The notes under the pieces were generated by a model. It made no database searches, was not told where the DNA came from, and worked only from the letters and a program-made list of their open reading frames with translations. Shown piece by piece: positions 1 to 8,929 of a DNA stretch of 64,000 nucleotides (positions are counted from its first letter, which is position 1; the number at the start of each line of letters is the position of its first letter). The stretch comes from Candidatus Dormiibacterota bacterium (GTDB taxonomy: Bacteria; Chloroflexota; Dormibacteria; Aeolococcales; Aeolococcaceae). Made by a program: the position numbers and the translations under genes. The stretch is from positions 3,200,001 to 3,264,000 of the forward strand of contig OY970355.1 of NCBI GenBank assembly GCA_963718525.1, read 5' to 3'.

Positions 1-515
1 AGCAGCGCGCGGTCCTCGAGCGCGCCGGACTCGATCGTCAGCGAGTGCACCTGGTAGAGGCAAAGGTGATCGCCGAGCAGCGTGGTTGTCTCGCGGTATT
101 GACGCTCGAAGTTCGCCACCGAGAGATCCTTGACCTCCTGCACGGGCGCTGCCATGTCCCAGCCTCCGACATACGTGTATCCCCACTTGGAACCGACCAC
201 CAGGTCGTCCACGTGGGCGTGGCGCGCGATCCACTCGCTGAGAAATGCTTCGGCTGACCCGTAGGAGCGCGCCACGTCGACGTAGCGCACTCCCGCGGCA
301 TATGCGGCGTCGAGCAGCTGCGATGTCCGCTCGCGGAGCGCGGTCATGGATCGATCCCCACCAAGGTCGGCGGCACGGTTGGTGGTGATATACGCGGGCC
401 GGCCGACAGCCGCGAGACCGAGACCGACGCGGCTTACCGGCGGTCCACCACGCCCAAGCGTGGTGATGTCACGAGCAGCACCCCGATGGACCGATCCGTC
501 GTCCCGACTGAGCAT
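1..515 (-). CDS. Aldo/keto reductase (runs off the left edge; not in the ORF track)
   Basis: Manual translation of the minus strand gives ...VSRVGLGLAAVGRP...AYAAGVRYVDVARSYGSAE...VVGSKWG...LYQVH (AKR D-x-A-x-x-Y-G, K and Y-Q-x-H motifs). Start is ATG 515 or 524. Confidence 0.85.
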   Translation of the reverse strand, partial: MLSRDDGSVHRGAARDITTLGRGGPPVSRVGLGLAAVGRPAYITTNRAADLGGDRSMTALRERTSQLLDAAYAAGVRYVDVARSYGSAEAFLSEWIARHAHVDDLVVGSKWGYTYVGGWDMAAPVQEVKDLSVANFERQYRETTTLLGDHLCLYQVHSLTIESGALEDRAL

Positions 516-753
516 GCAGCACATGGTGATCGCGTAGGATCTGAACGACAAGCTCGTGGGCTGAACGCAAGTCGCCTCGCCGTACCACCAAGGTGTGGCG
601 ACGCTGGTGATCGATGGAACGTCGTCGAGCTCGCGCATGCCACCTACTCGCGAGTCGTCGTGACAACGCCGGACGCGGACCGCGTCGCAGGTGAGATCCA
701 TGACCAGCTCGTGCCGTCGATCACGGCACCGCCGGCGCCCTGACCTCTCGAAA

Positions 754-1656
754 CTACCTCGACACGCGCCGGCGGACGACCGCCACCATGACGAGTGCCG
801 CACCCGATCCGAGCAGCAACGGCGCGAGTGCAATCGGGGCCGACCCGGTTGACGGAGTCGACGTCGACGTCGACGTCGTCGTCGTTGTTGTCGACGCTGA
901 CGTGCAGACGCCGGTCGGCGGTCTGATCAGGTTGCTGTCGAGCGTGAGCGCGCCGTTCCTCGCCAGGGCACGCCCGCCGTTGAGTCCGCCGCCGACGCCG
1001 ATGGTGGCTCCGGTCGTCAGGGTGATGCTGGTCAATGCGATCAGGTTTCCTTGAAACGAGGTTCCGGTTCCGAGAGTCGCCGAGCTCGTTACCTGCCAGA
1101 ACACGTTGCAGGAGTTTGCCCGGCCGATGAGGGCCACGCGCGAGCGGCTCGCGGTTGTCAGCGTCGAGCCGATCTGGAAGATGAAGAGCGAACCGGTGCG
1201 GTTCTCGCCATTGAGCGTCAGCGTACCGGTGAGTTGCGCTGACGAACTGAAGTGGTACACCCCCGGTGTGAGGGTCTTCCCTCCGAGATTCACCCCCGAC
1301 ATGTTCTTGAAGGGCGTCGCGTGAGCGGCATCGTTGTACGTGGTGACTAGATCCGTCTGAGCTCTGATCGCCACGGCATCGTCTTCGTTCTTGGCACCGG
1401 TGACGACGCCGGGTGGAAACCCTTTGACCGAGGAGGCCTTGTTCGGGCTGATCGCCAGATTGCCGGTGATCGCCGTGGAACCGGTGTTGGTGATCGCAGA
1501 GGCGGCCATCACGGTGAAGTTGCCGGCTGACAGCAGACGAGGCCGCGCCACGGCCGCCAACGCCGAGTTGGGGAGGACTGCGAGCGCTGCGGCGCCGAAG
1601 CACGCCACCACGACAATGCGGCGCGAAGCCTTCAGGACACCGGGCTGGTTGCTCAC
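754..1656 (-). CDS. Secreted ice-binding-like protein (DUF3494) with Thr/Ser linker and C-terminal sorting-signal-like anchor
   Basis: Signal peptide; DUF3494 motifs ITNTGxTxITGNL, TLTPGVY, FIFQIGSTLTT, NVFWQVTSSATLGT, GRALARNGALTLD; tail TPSTG + hydrophobic stretch + RRR. Start GTG 1656 (track uses 1692). Confidence 0.9.
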   Translation of the reverse strand: MSNQPGVLKASRRIVVVACFGAAALAVLPNSALAAVARPRLLSAGNFTVMAASAITNTGSTAITGNLAISPNKASSVKGFPPGVVTGAKNEDDAVAIRAQTDLVTTYNDAAHATPFKNMSGVNLGGKTLTPGVYHFSSSAQLTGTLTLNGENRTGSLFIFQIGSTLTTASRSRVALIGRANSCNVFWQVTSSATLGTGTSFQGNLIALTSITLTTGATIGVGGGLNGGRALARNGALTLDSNLIRPPTGVCTSASTTTTTTSTSTSTPSTGSAPIALAPLLLGSGAALVMVAVVRRRVSR

Positions 1657-1753
1657 GAGTGGGCCAGCATGCGCCTCCTTCCTGTTCGGCACTGTGCGCT
1701 AGCGTACGTATGGCGGTTCCGAGGCCGGACTGTAACGGGACCGATGCGCGACC

Positions 1754-3199
1754 ATGTCAAGGATGAAGCAGCTTCCCGGCGGCGTGACGACACTCGTGCC
1801 CGGCATCGTGAGCGCAGTCGACGCTCGGGTCGGCGATCTCATCGAGGGTGCAACCATCCGTCACCACCTCCGGCGATTGCGACGTGCCGGGTGGGATGGC
1901 GCGCTTCGCGCCGAGAGCGGAGGCTGGGCGAAGCGTGCTCCGGTGCGCGACGGCAACGGCCTGTCCGTGCACGTCGACGGTACCTCCGCCCTGCCCGCGA
2001 TCGCGGCGGCGGTGCGCAGCGCTCGCTCGTTCGTGTACATCGCCGGCTGGACGGTTGACCCCGGGTTTGCCCTCGAACGAACTCCGTCGGTGGTGACCGT
2101 GCGAGATGTGCTTGCGGAAGCCGCGAATCGGGTCGATGTGCGTGTGCTCGTCTGGGCCGGAGCACCCGTACCGATCATGCAGCCGTCGCGCGCAAAGGCG
2201 AGTGAGCTCATGAACCGACTTACCCGTGGCACCCGAATCCACGGAGCGCTCGACCCGCGCAACCGCCCGATGCACTGCCATCACGAGAAGCTGGTGATCG
2301 TCGATGGCACGCTGGCGTTTGTTGGGGGCATCGACCTGACGGCACTCGCCGGCGATCGGTTCGACGGCGCGCCGCACACGCGCAGCACCCTTGGGTGGCA
2401 CGATGCCGCGGCCGAGCTTGCCGGCCCGGCGGTGGCCGATGTCTGCTCGCATTTCGCGCTTCGATGGCAGGCGACGACCGGGGAAGCACTTCCCGATGTG
2501 GAGACGCCGCCCGCCGCCGGTACCACCCGCATCCAGGTGGTCAGGACCGTCCCCGACCACACGTACAGGGCTCTCCCCCGGGGTGACTTCAGCATCCTCG
2601 AGGCGTACATGGGCGCCCTGCGCGGTGCGCGCCGCCTCGTCTATCTCGAGAATCAGTTCCTCTGGAGCCCCGAGGTGGCTGCCGTGCTCCGTGAGAAGCT
2701 GCTCCACCCGCCAAGCGATGCATTTCGGCTCTGCATCATCCTGCCGCGGCATCCCAACAACGGCAACGACGACACCCGTGGCCAGCTCGGCATGCTTCAG
2801 GCCGCTGACCACGATCACCGTCTGCTGGTGGGGACTGTGGGGCCTGTGCACCGTCAGCAACCCCCCGTGTACGTGCACGCGAAGATCGGCATCGTCGACG
2901 ACGCCTGGCTGACGGTTGGTTCGGCGAATCTCAACGAGCATTCGCTCTTCAATGACACCGAGGTCAACGTGGTGACCGACGACCCACAACTGGCTCGCGA
3001 CGTGCGCGAACGACTGTGGAGCGAGCACCTCAACCACGACGTCCGCGGCCGCGATGCTCTGGAGGTCATCGAAGACCGATGGCGAACGGTGCTCAACAAA
3101 CGACCACCATTCGATGTTCCGCTCAGGCCGCTGCCCGCCGTGTCACGGCGCTCGGCGCGACTGCTCGGGCCGTTGAAGGGATTGCTCGTCGACGGCTGA
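1754..3199 (+). CDS. Phospholipase D family protein
   Basis: Two HxKxxxxD motifs (HHEKLVIVD, VHAKIGIVD), plus GGIDL, WHD, YLENQF and GSANLN. Confidence 0.92.
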   Translation: MSRMKQLPGGVTTLVPGIVSAVDARVGDLIEGATIRHHLRRLRRAGWDGALRAESGGWAKRAPVRDGNGLSVHVDGTSALPAIAAAVRSARSFVYIAGWTVDPGFALERTPSVVTVRDVLAEAANRVDVRVLVWAGAPVPIMQPSRAKASELMNRLTRGTRIHGALDPRNRPMHCHHEKLVIVDGTLAFVGGIDLTALAGDRFDGAPHTRSTLGWHDAAAELAGPAVADVCSHFALRWQATTGEALPDVETPPAAGTTRIQVVRTVPDHTYRALPRGDFSILEAYMGALRGARRLVYLENQFLWSPEVAAVLREKLLHPPSDAFRLCIILPRHPNNGNDDTRGQLGMLQAADHDHRLLVGTVGPVHRQQPPVYVHAKIGIVDDAWLTVGSANLNEHSLFNDTEVNVVTDDPQLARDVRERLWSEHLNHDVRGRDALEVIEDRWRTVLNKRPPFDVPLRPLPAVSRRSARLLGPLKGLLVDG

Positions 3200-3227
3200 C
3201 GCGTGCGCTGCTGTCGAGACGAGCAGC

Positions 3228-4196
3228 TCACCCGAGGAGGGCGCTGAAGTCTCCGGGCGCCGACGCCGCATTGCCGAGCAGTGGCAACCCAAACGCGGCT
3301 TCGATGGTGCGCAGCGTGGTGTAGTGATCGCCACGGGCATCAATCCCCCCGCGGCCATGCGCGTTCGCGGAGAGCACGATCATCGGCACTCTGCCACCGG
3401 CCGCGTTCCCGCAGCAGGACCCGGATGGGGACGCATCGTTCTCGTCCATCGTGATGATCACGGTGCCGTGGTCTGCGAACCAGGCGGATGCCAGCACCGC
3501 GGGGAGATTCGCATGGAGCCACGCGTCGCCTTGAGCCACGCTCCCGTCGTGCATGTCGTTCGCGAGATTCGGCGTGATCCACACGAAATCCGGTGGAGCA
3601 CTGGAATCCAAGGTGGCTGCCATGGAGCCCGCCCCCGGGTAGGGCACGACGTGCGCTGCACACCCGCTGCCTCGCTCGGCGCCGAAGTACAAGAAGGGGT
3701 TGTGCTTCTCGGCGTAGTCGCCCGAGCCGCCGACCCGGTCACACGGCAATGGCATGCTCTCCATGTACGCAAGCCAGGGGATGCCCGCGCCGGACAGCTC
3801 AGCGCCCAGGTCAAGTGACTGGAACGGTCCGCATCCCCCGCCGTCGGGTGTGCAGTCGGAGCTGATGCCTTGCACGCCGCCGCTCTCGAGCGCCAGGTAG
3901 TTCGGCGCACTGGGATGGGCGATCGCATACCACGACGTCAGTGATGCGTAGGTCGACGCGAGGGAACAGAGATACGGATCCGCGAAACACGAGCCCAGGG
4001 TCGCGGCGTATCCACGGTTCTCCTCCACGATCACCATCACATGGGGTACCGCGCGCGTCACAGGAGTTGTGCCGGACGAGGTCGCGCTCACTGACGGCGC
4101 CGGTGGCGTCACCGGCTCGGAGACGCTCGAGGATGCTGACCCACAAGCTACCGCGATAGCGGCCACGCCCGCCACAACCAGCCGCCTGGCTTTCAT
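3228..4196 (-). CDS. Phosphoesterase-family (acid phosphatase-like) lipoprotein
   Basis: Lipobox AVAC; motifs HVMVIVEEN, HPSAPNYLAL, KHNPF, TPNLANDMHD, DHYTTLRTIE. Confidence 0.85.
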   Translation of the reverse strand: MKARRLVVAGVAAIAVACGSASSSVSEPVTPPAPSVSATSSGTTPVTRAVPHVMVIVEENRGYAATLGSCFADPYLCSLASTYASLTSWYAIAHPSAPNYLALESGGVQGISSDCTPDGGGCGPFQSLDLGAELSGAGIPWLAYMESMPLPCDRVGGSGDYAEKHNPFLYFGAERGSGCAAHVVPYPGAGSMAATLDSSAPPDFVWITPNLANDMHDGSVAQGDAWLHANLPAVLASAWFADHGTVIITMDENDASPSGSCCGNAAGGRVPMIVLSANAHGRGGIDARGDHYTTLRTIEAAFGLPLLGNAASAPGDFSALLG

Positions 4197-4289
4197 GGAC
4201 ACCACTTCATGAGTGGAGCATGCAGCCGCGACCGCTGCTCCGAACGGACAGTGGCACCTGCACCGTCCGCTGGTGACGTCGTTCGTGCT

Positions 4290-4400
4290 TTAAGTTCTGG
4301 ACCGCCCGCGCATCATGTACCAGCCGCCCGCGATGAGGATCACGATGACGATCACGTAGACGATGATCTCCTTGGTGCCGAATACGTTGAAGGCGAGCAT
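4290..4400 (-). CDS. Small single-pass membrane protein, 36 aa (MLAFNVFGTKEIIVYVIVIVILIAGGWYMMRGRSRT)
   Basis: AGGAGA SD upstream of ATG 4400; one hydrophobic helix then a basic tail; GC3-rich codons; below the track length cutoff. Confidence 0.7.
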   Translation of the reverse strand: MLAFNVFGTKEIIVYVIVIVILIAGGWYMMRGRSRT

Positions 4401-4531
4401 TGGCTGTCTCCTATGTCGGTGGTGCGGCTGGACCTGATGCCGCCACAGGGGGATTGGCGCCATCCTACGGTGCCGATGTGCTCTTGTGCTGGATGGATCT
4501 GGCTGATCGTCAGGCCACCTAGAATCCGCCC

Positions 4532-4864
4532 ATGCGAGGGGTCACGGGAGGCGGCCGGCGGTTCCTGAGCGCCCCGGGCGTCCGGGCGGGCGTGGTCGTC
4601 GCCTCCCTCCTGCTGGTCGGACTCCTCGTCCGGCTGCCGAGTTTGAACGGACCGCTCGTGGCGATCTCGTCATTTCGCCAGACCGAAACCACCCCGGCGG
4701 AGGCGACAGTCGGGTCAGCCCTTCGGCGTCGGCGAGTGGGTCACTGCAGCTCGCGTGCGCGGGCGGAAGCGAGCTCGTGCTCGCCACGGCGTCTCCGCAG
4801 CAGCCGTGACGCCGCGGTGCGCGTCAGCCCGGCGCGTCCTGACGCGGCTGCGCCGCTACCGTGA
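4532..4864 (+). pseudogene. Truncated N-terminus of an ArnT/GT39-like membrane glycosyltransferase
   Basis: TAGAAT (4520-4525) lies 6 nt before ATG. The TM helix is followed by RLPSLNGPL...FRQTET, typical of GT-C first loops, after which the frame becomes low-quality and overlaps the MoxR 3' end. Confidence 0.45.
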
Positions 4865-5726
4865 GCTCGCGCGAAGCCGTGACCATGTCGGGGCGCGACT
4901 TGATCAACACGGGAAGCGTTTCGGCCAGCGCGGGTTGGGTGATGTCCACGTGTCCCAGCGCCATCAATGCACGCGCCCAGTCGATTGACTCCCCGATCGA
5001 CGGCGTCTTGCGCAGCTCGAGCCGTCGGGCGGCCCGAACCACACCGGCGACCTGGCGCGCCAGGCGATCCTCGATGCCGGGAATGCGAGCGAGCAGAATC
5101 TCTCGCTCGCGCTCCGCGGTGGGATACTCGAGCGCGAGGTAGAGACAGCGGCGTCGCAGCGCCTCGCTGAGCTCGCGGGTGTTGTTGCTCGTGAGCACCA
5201 CGAGAGGATGCCGTGTGCCGGTGATCGTCCCCAACTCGGGGATGGTGACCTGGAACTCGGCGAGCACCTCCAGCAGCAGCGCCTCGGTCTCGACCTCGAC
5301 GCGGTCGACCTCGTCGATGAGCAACACCACGTCGTCATTCGCACGCACGGCCGCGAGCAGCGGACGCTCGAGAAGATACGGCTCGCTGAAGATATCTGCC
5401 TCGATGTCCTTCCATCCGGACGCCCCTTCCGGGACGCCACCGCCCGCCTGGATGCGCATCAGCTGCTTGCGATAGTTCCATTCGTACAGTGCGCGGCTTT
5501 CATCGAGACCCTCGTAGCACTGCAGCCGGAGCAGGCGCGAGCCGGTGATCGTGGCCAGCGTCTTCGCAAGCTCGGTCTTCCCCACACCTGCAGGACCCTC
5601 GACGAGCACTGGCTTGTCGAGGCGATCCGCAAGAAACACCACTGACGCGATCGATTCGTCGCCGAGATACCCGGCATTGCGCAGCCGGTCGAGGACATCT
5701 GCCGGATCACGGAAGTGCTCACCCAC
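4824..5726 (-). CDS. MoxR-family AAA+ ATPase (CoxD-like)
   Basis: Walker A EGPAGVGKT, RLQCYEGLD, ALYEWNYRKQL, Walker B LLIDEVDR, LTSNNTRELSEALRRRC. Confidence 0.92.
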   Translation of the reverse strand: MGEHFRDPADVLDRLRNAGYLGDESIASVVFLADRLDKPVLVEGPAGVGKTELAKTLATITGSRLLRLQCYEGLDESRALYEWNYRKQLMRIQAGGGVPEGASGWKDIEADIFSEPYLLERPLLAAVRANDDVVLLIDEVDRVEVETEALLLEVLAEFQVTIPELGTITGTRHPLVVLTSNNTRELSEALRRRCLYLALEYPTAEREREILLARIPGIEDRLARQVAGVVRAARRLELRKTPSIGESIDWARALMALGHVDITQPALAETLPVLIKSRPDMVTASRELTVAAQPRQDAPG

Positions 5727-5768
5727 GCAGCGGCCCTCGCGCGTGCGCTGACCAGACGAAGGCTTGTG

Positions 5769-7298
5769 TCATTGCTCCGGTTCCGGGCGCGGATACCAGA
5801 TCGGGAGCTTGGCGTCGACATTGACCCAGACCGACTTCGGCTGGGTGTATTCGTGCATCGCCTCGAAGCCCATCTCGCGACCGTACCCCGATCCGCCCAC
5901 TCCTCCAAACGGCGAGGCCGGCGAGACTCGTTTGTACGCGTTCACCCAGACCATCCCGCAGCGCAGCTGGCCTGCCATCCGGTGCGCGCGGGCTAGGTCG
6001 TTCGTCCAGAGCCCGCTTCCGAGACCGTACTGCGTCGAGTTCGCGATCCGGATGGCCTCGTCCTCGTCGCGGAATATCGTGACCACAACGAAGGGCCCGA
6101 AGACCTCCTCCTGGCTGACGGTCGCGCCCGGATCTGCCCGTACCAATGTGGGCTGCACGTAGTATCCGGCGGCAAGTCCGGGATCTCCTGGAGCCTCGCC
6201 ACCGCATAGAACCTCTCCACCCTCGGCACGCGCCACACCGACATATCTGAGCACGCGCTCGCGGTGCTGCGCCGATGTCAGCGGGCCCATCTCGGTCGCG
6301 GAATCAAGCGGATCCCCGACCCGGATGCTCGTCGCGAGTTGGACGAACGCATCGAGAAAGCGGTCGGCGATGCGCTCGTGCAGCAACAACCGCGATCCCG
6401 CGATGCATGCCTGCCCCTGGTTGTGGAAGATCGCGAAAGCCGACCCGTTGACCGCCTGCTGCACATCAGCGTCCTCGAACACGATGTTCGCGCCCTTGCC
6501 CCCCAGTTCGAGGTGCAAACGCTTAAGGGTCTGGGCGCTTGCCTCGACAAGCCGTCGCCCCACAGGCGTTGATCCGGTGAACGACAGCATCCCGATGCGC
6601 GGATGCGTCGCGATCGCCCAGCCGGCCGAATCGCCATATCCGGGCACGATATTGACAACTCCGTCCGGGAGGCCGGCCTCCTGCATGAGGGCGGCGAGAC
6701 GGAGCGTGCTCAGGGGGGTGAGCTCGCTCGGTTTCATCACGACCGTGTTGCCGGCGGCCAGCGCCGGCCCCAGCTTCCAGCTCGTGAACATCAGCGGGAA
6801 GTTCCACGGAACGATCTGTCCCACAACGCCGATGGGCTCGCGAAGAAGGTAGTTGAGGAAACCCGCTTCCACCGGGATCACCGAGCCCTCGTGCTTGTCG
6901 GCCATTCCGCCGAAATATCGATACCACGCAGCCGTCCGCGGAACATCCAGCCGGGACGTGTCGCGAATCGGATGTCCGGTATCGACAGTCTCCAGCCGCG
7001 CCAGCTCGGCGGCGTTGGCCTCGACGAGGTCCGCCAGCCGCAGCAGCATCCGGCCGCGGTCGGCGGCGGCTGTCGCCGCCCACGCAGGAAACGCGCGCTC
7101 CGCTGCGTCCACCGCGCGGTCGACGTCGGCGGCCCGTGCTTCGGCGACACGAGTGATCACCGACCCGTCGTGCGGATCGAGGACATCAAGCTCGCCGCCT
7201 CCAGCAGCGTCGACCCACCGCCCGTCGATGAACAGGCGGGTCTGCAGTTCTGCCGGGTCGAGACGCGCTCGTGCCGGCAGCTGAACGTCGAGCCCCAC
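5769..7298 (-). CDS. hapE: Aldehyde dehydrogenase, probable 4-hydroxymuconic semialdehyde dehydrogenase
   Basis: ALDH motifs PWNFPL, FTGS, LELGGK, NQGQACIAGSR, EEVFGP; directly downstream of the hydroquinone dioxygenase subunits as in hap/pnp clusters. Confidence 0.85.
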   Translation of the reverse strand: MGLDVQLPARARLDPAELQTRLFIDGRWVDAAGGGELDVLDPHDGSVITRVAEARAADVDRAVDAAERAFPAWAATAAADRGRMLLRLADLVEANAAELARLETVDTGHPIRDTSRLDVPRTAAWYRYFGGMADKHEGSVIPVEAGFLNYLLREPIGVVGQIVPWNFPLMFTSWKLGPALAAGNTVVMKPSELTPLSTLRLAALMQEAGLPDGVVNIVPGYGDSAGWAIATHPRIGMLSFTGSTPVGRRLVEASAQTLKRLHLELGGKGANIVFEDADVQQAVNGSAFAIFHNQGQACIAGSRLLLHERIADRFLDAFVQLATSIRVGDPLDSATEMGPLTSAQHRERVLRYVGVARAEGGEVLCGGEAPGDPGLAAGYYVQPTLVRADPGATVSQEEVFGPFVVVTIFRDEDEAIRIANSTQYGLGSGLWTNDLARAHRMAGQLRCGMVWVNAYKRVSPASPFGGVGGSGYGREMGFEAMHEYTQPKSVWVNVDAKLPIWYPRPEPEQ

Positions 7299-7309
7299 GC
7301 AGGTCTCGG

Positions 7310-8293
7310 TCAGAAGTCCACTGGGTGGCTGGGCAGCTTGCCCGTCGCGTACAGCTCCGGAAGCTCACCGTCGGCGTTCTCCCAGACCAGGAGCATCGCT
7401 CGCTTTGGAGCGTAGCCCTGGTGCCGGATGTTCGCCGGCATCGACGCCACGTCCCCGGGCTTCATCACCACCCGGGTTCGCGCCGCACCGGTGTCGCGAT
7501 CCTCGACGGCCCAGATGATCTCGTCGCTCAACTGGACGAACCACTCGACCCGGTCGTTGCCGTGGATGATGGGGAGGATGTACTCCTCGGTTGTGGGGCA
7601 GTACAGGCTGTCCTTGCACACGCTCACCACCGAGGGATTCCAGGTGACGTCGGATCGCGACAGATATGCGAACAGGTTGTAGGCCTTCACCTCGGACTCG
7701 AACCCCGGCTCCGCCTCGATCTCCGGGCCGTCCTGGGGGACGTCGGCGAACATCCGGTTGATGGGGTGCGTGGCGTCGGTGCGAAGCTGCTCATCGTCAT
7801 CGCAGGAGACCATGCGCTTGGAGGCGACCCGCCGCCGCGTCACGGCAGCAATGTTGCTGCCGTTCTTGTCACCAAATGCGCTGCCCGTCTCCTCCGGCGA
7901 GGCAAAGGGATCGAATGAGGCGTTGGTCCAGTCGGCGAGCATCCGCTCGAAGGTGGCCTTGATATTGTCGCTGTGGAAGTTCTCGACGTGATCCATCTCC
8001 GCCTTGCGGTACGCGTCGTTGTACCGGCCAGCGAAGAGATCGACGGTGCCGTAGTGGTTCACCGTGCCAACCACGCCGTCGAAGTTGACGATGCCGTAGA
8101 AGAAGTTCCAGGCGACATCGCGTTGCATCGCTCGGAGGAAGGCGTCCGCCGACATGACGTGGCTGCCGGTGGGCCACTTGACGTACACGAAGTACTCGTC
8201 ACGCCGGAAGTGAAACTCGCCGAGTGTGAATTCCGCGTACCCGTGAGCATTCGGCTCGCTGGCGATGACGTCAGTGTCCATGAGCAGGGTCAT
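7310..8293 (-). CDS. hapD: Hydroquinone 1,2-dioxygenase large subunit
   Basis: Family motifs RDEYF, RDVAWNFFYG, FDPFASPEETG, YLSRSDVTWNPSV, CPTTEEYILP; Fe-ligand region HGNDRVEWF and IRHQGY. Confidence 0.92.
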   Translation of the reverse strand: MTLLMDTDVIASEPNAHGYAEFTLGEFHFRRDEYFVYVKWPTGSHVMSADAFLRAMQRDVAWNFFYGIVNFDGVVGTVNHYGTVDLFAGRYNDAYRKAEMDHVENFHSDNIKATFERMLADWTNASFDPFASPEETGSAFGDKNGSNIAAVTRRRVASKRMVSCDDDEQLRTDATHPINRMFADVPQDGPEIEAEPGFESEVKAYNLFAYLSRSDVTWNPSVVSVCKDSLYCPTTEEYILPIIHGNDRVEWFVQLSDEIIWAVEDRDTGAARTRVVMKPGDVASMPANIRHQGYAPKRAMLLVWENADGELPELYATGKLPSHPVDF

Positions 8294-8327
8294 CTGTCGT
8301 CGACTCCCATCATTGTGTCGACCAGCC

Positions 8328-8828
8328 TCAGTGGGTCTGGCAGATCTCGCCCCATCGATAGACGGTGTCCGCGCCTTCGATCGTCTGCAGCAGGATGACC
8401 GAGGGCTTCTCAGCGTGAAAACGATAGGCGGCGTGCGCGGGCACCATCGTCATGTGCCCGCGCCTCGCGACGATGCGCCCCATCCGTGGGCCGGTGGGTT
8501 CGTGACCGAGCCGGACCGAACCCCGGGTGCCCTCGGGTGGTTCCTCTTCGACCGCAAGCCGATGCAGGATCACCTCGACCTCGCCATCCATGACGAGCGC
8601 GAACTCGTCGTGAGCCGTACTGCGCCACTCGGAATCACCCTCGGCGCGGATTGCCTCGAGCACGTACTGGCGATTCTTTCCGACAGCCACCTTCTCATAG
8701 GGCTGCGAATGCGTGGCGACATCGAAAACATTCGAGAAGGTATAGCGTTTCGGGTCGTCGTCGATGATCTCGACGCCGCCTTTCTCATACTGATCCAGCG
8801 AGCCGAAACGGGTGACATACGCCGGCAC
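8328..8828 (-). CDS. hapC: Hydroquinone 1,2-dioxygenase small subunit
   Basis: Motifs FGSLD..KG.VEII, Y.FSNVFDVA..S.PYEKV, RAEG.S.W..AHDEFA.VMDG, AYRF and C-terminal W.EIC. Confidence 0.9.
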   Translation of the reverse strand: MPAYVTRFGSLDQYEKGGVEIIDDDPKRYTFSNVFDVATHSQPYEKVAVGKNRQYVLEAIRAEGDSEWRSTAHDEFALVMDGEVEVILHRLAVEEEPPEGTRGSVRLGHEPTGPRMGRIVARRGHMTMVPAHAAYRFHAEKPSVILLQTIEGADTVYRWGEICQTH

Positions 8829-8853
8829 GATGCTTGTCCTCGGTAATTGACGC

Positions 8854-8898
8854 TTCGCAGTGTGTGCGACGTGCGAACACGGCGGCGCTGTTCGAACA
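8854..8898. promoter_or_regulatory. Putative operator palindromes upstream of hapC
   Basis: TTCGCA...TGCGAA (8854-8877) and the perfect palindrome TGTTCGAACA (8889-8898) resemble the GTTCG/CGAAC half-sites of IclR/PobR-type regulators (inference). Confidence 0.4.
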
Positions 8899-8929
8899 TC
8901 TGAAGCCTACGCCCGTCATTCTGGACAAG

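Noticed and set aside
856-900. GTCGAC/GTC tandem microsatellite
   Set aside because: It encodes the Thr/Ser linker of the ice-binding protein.
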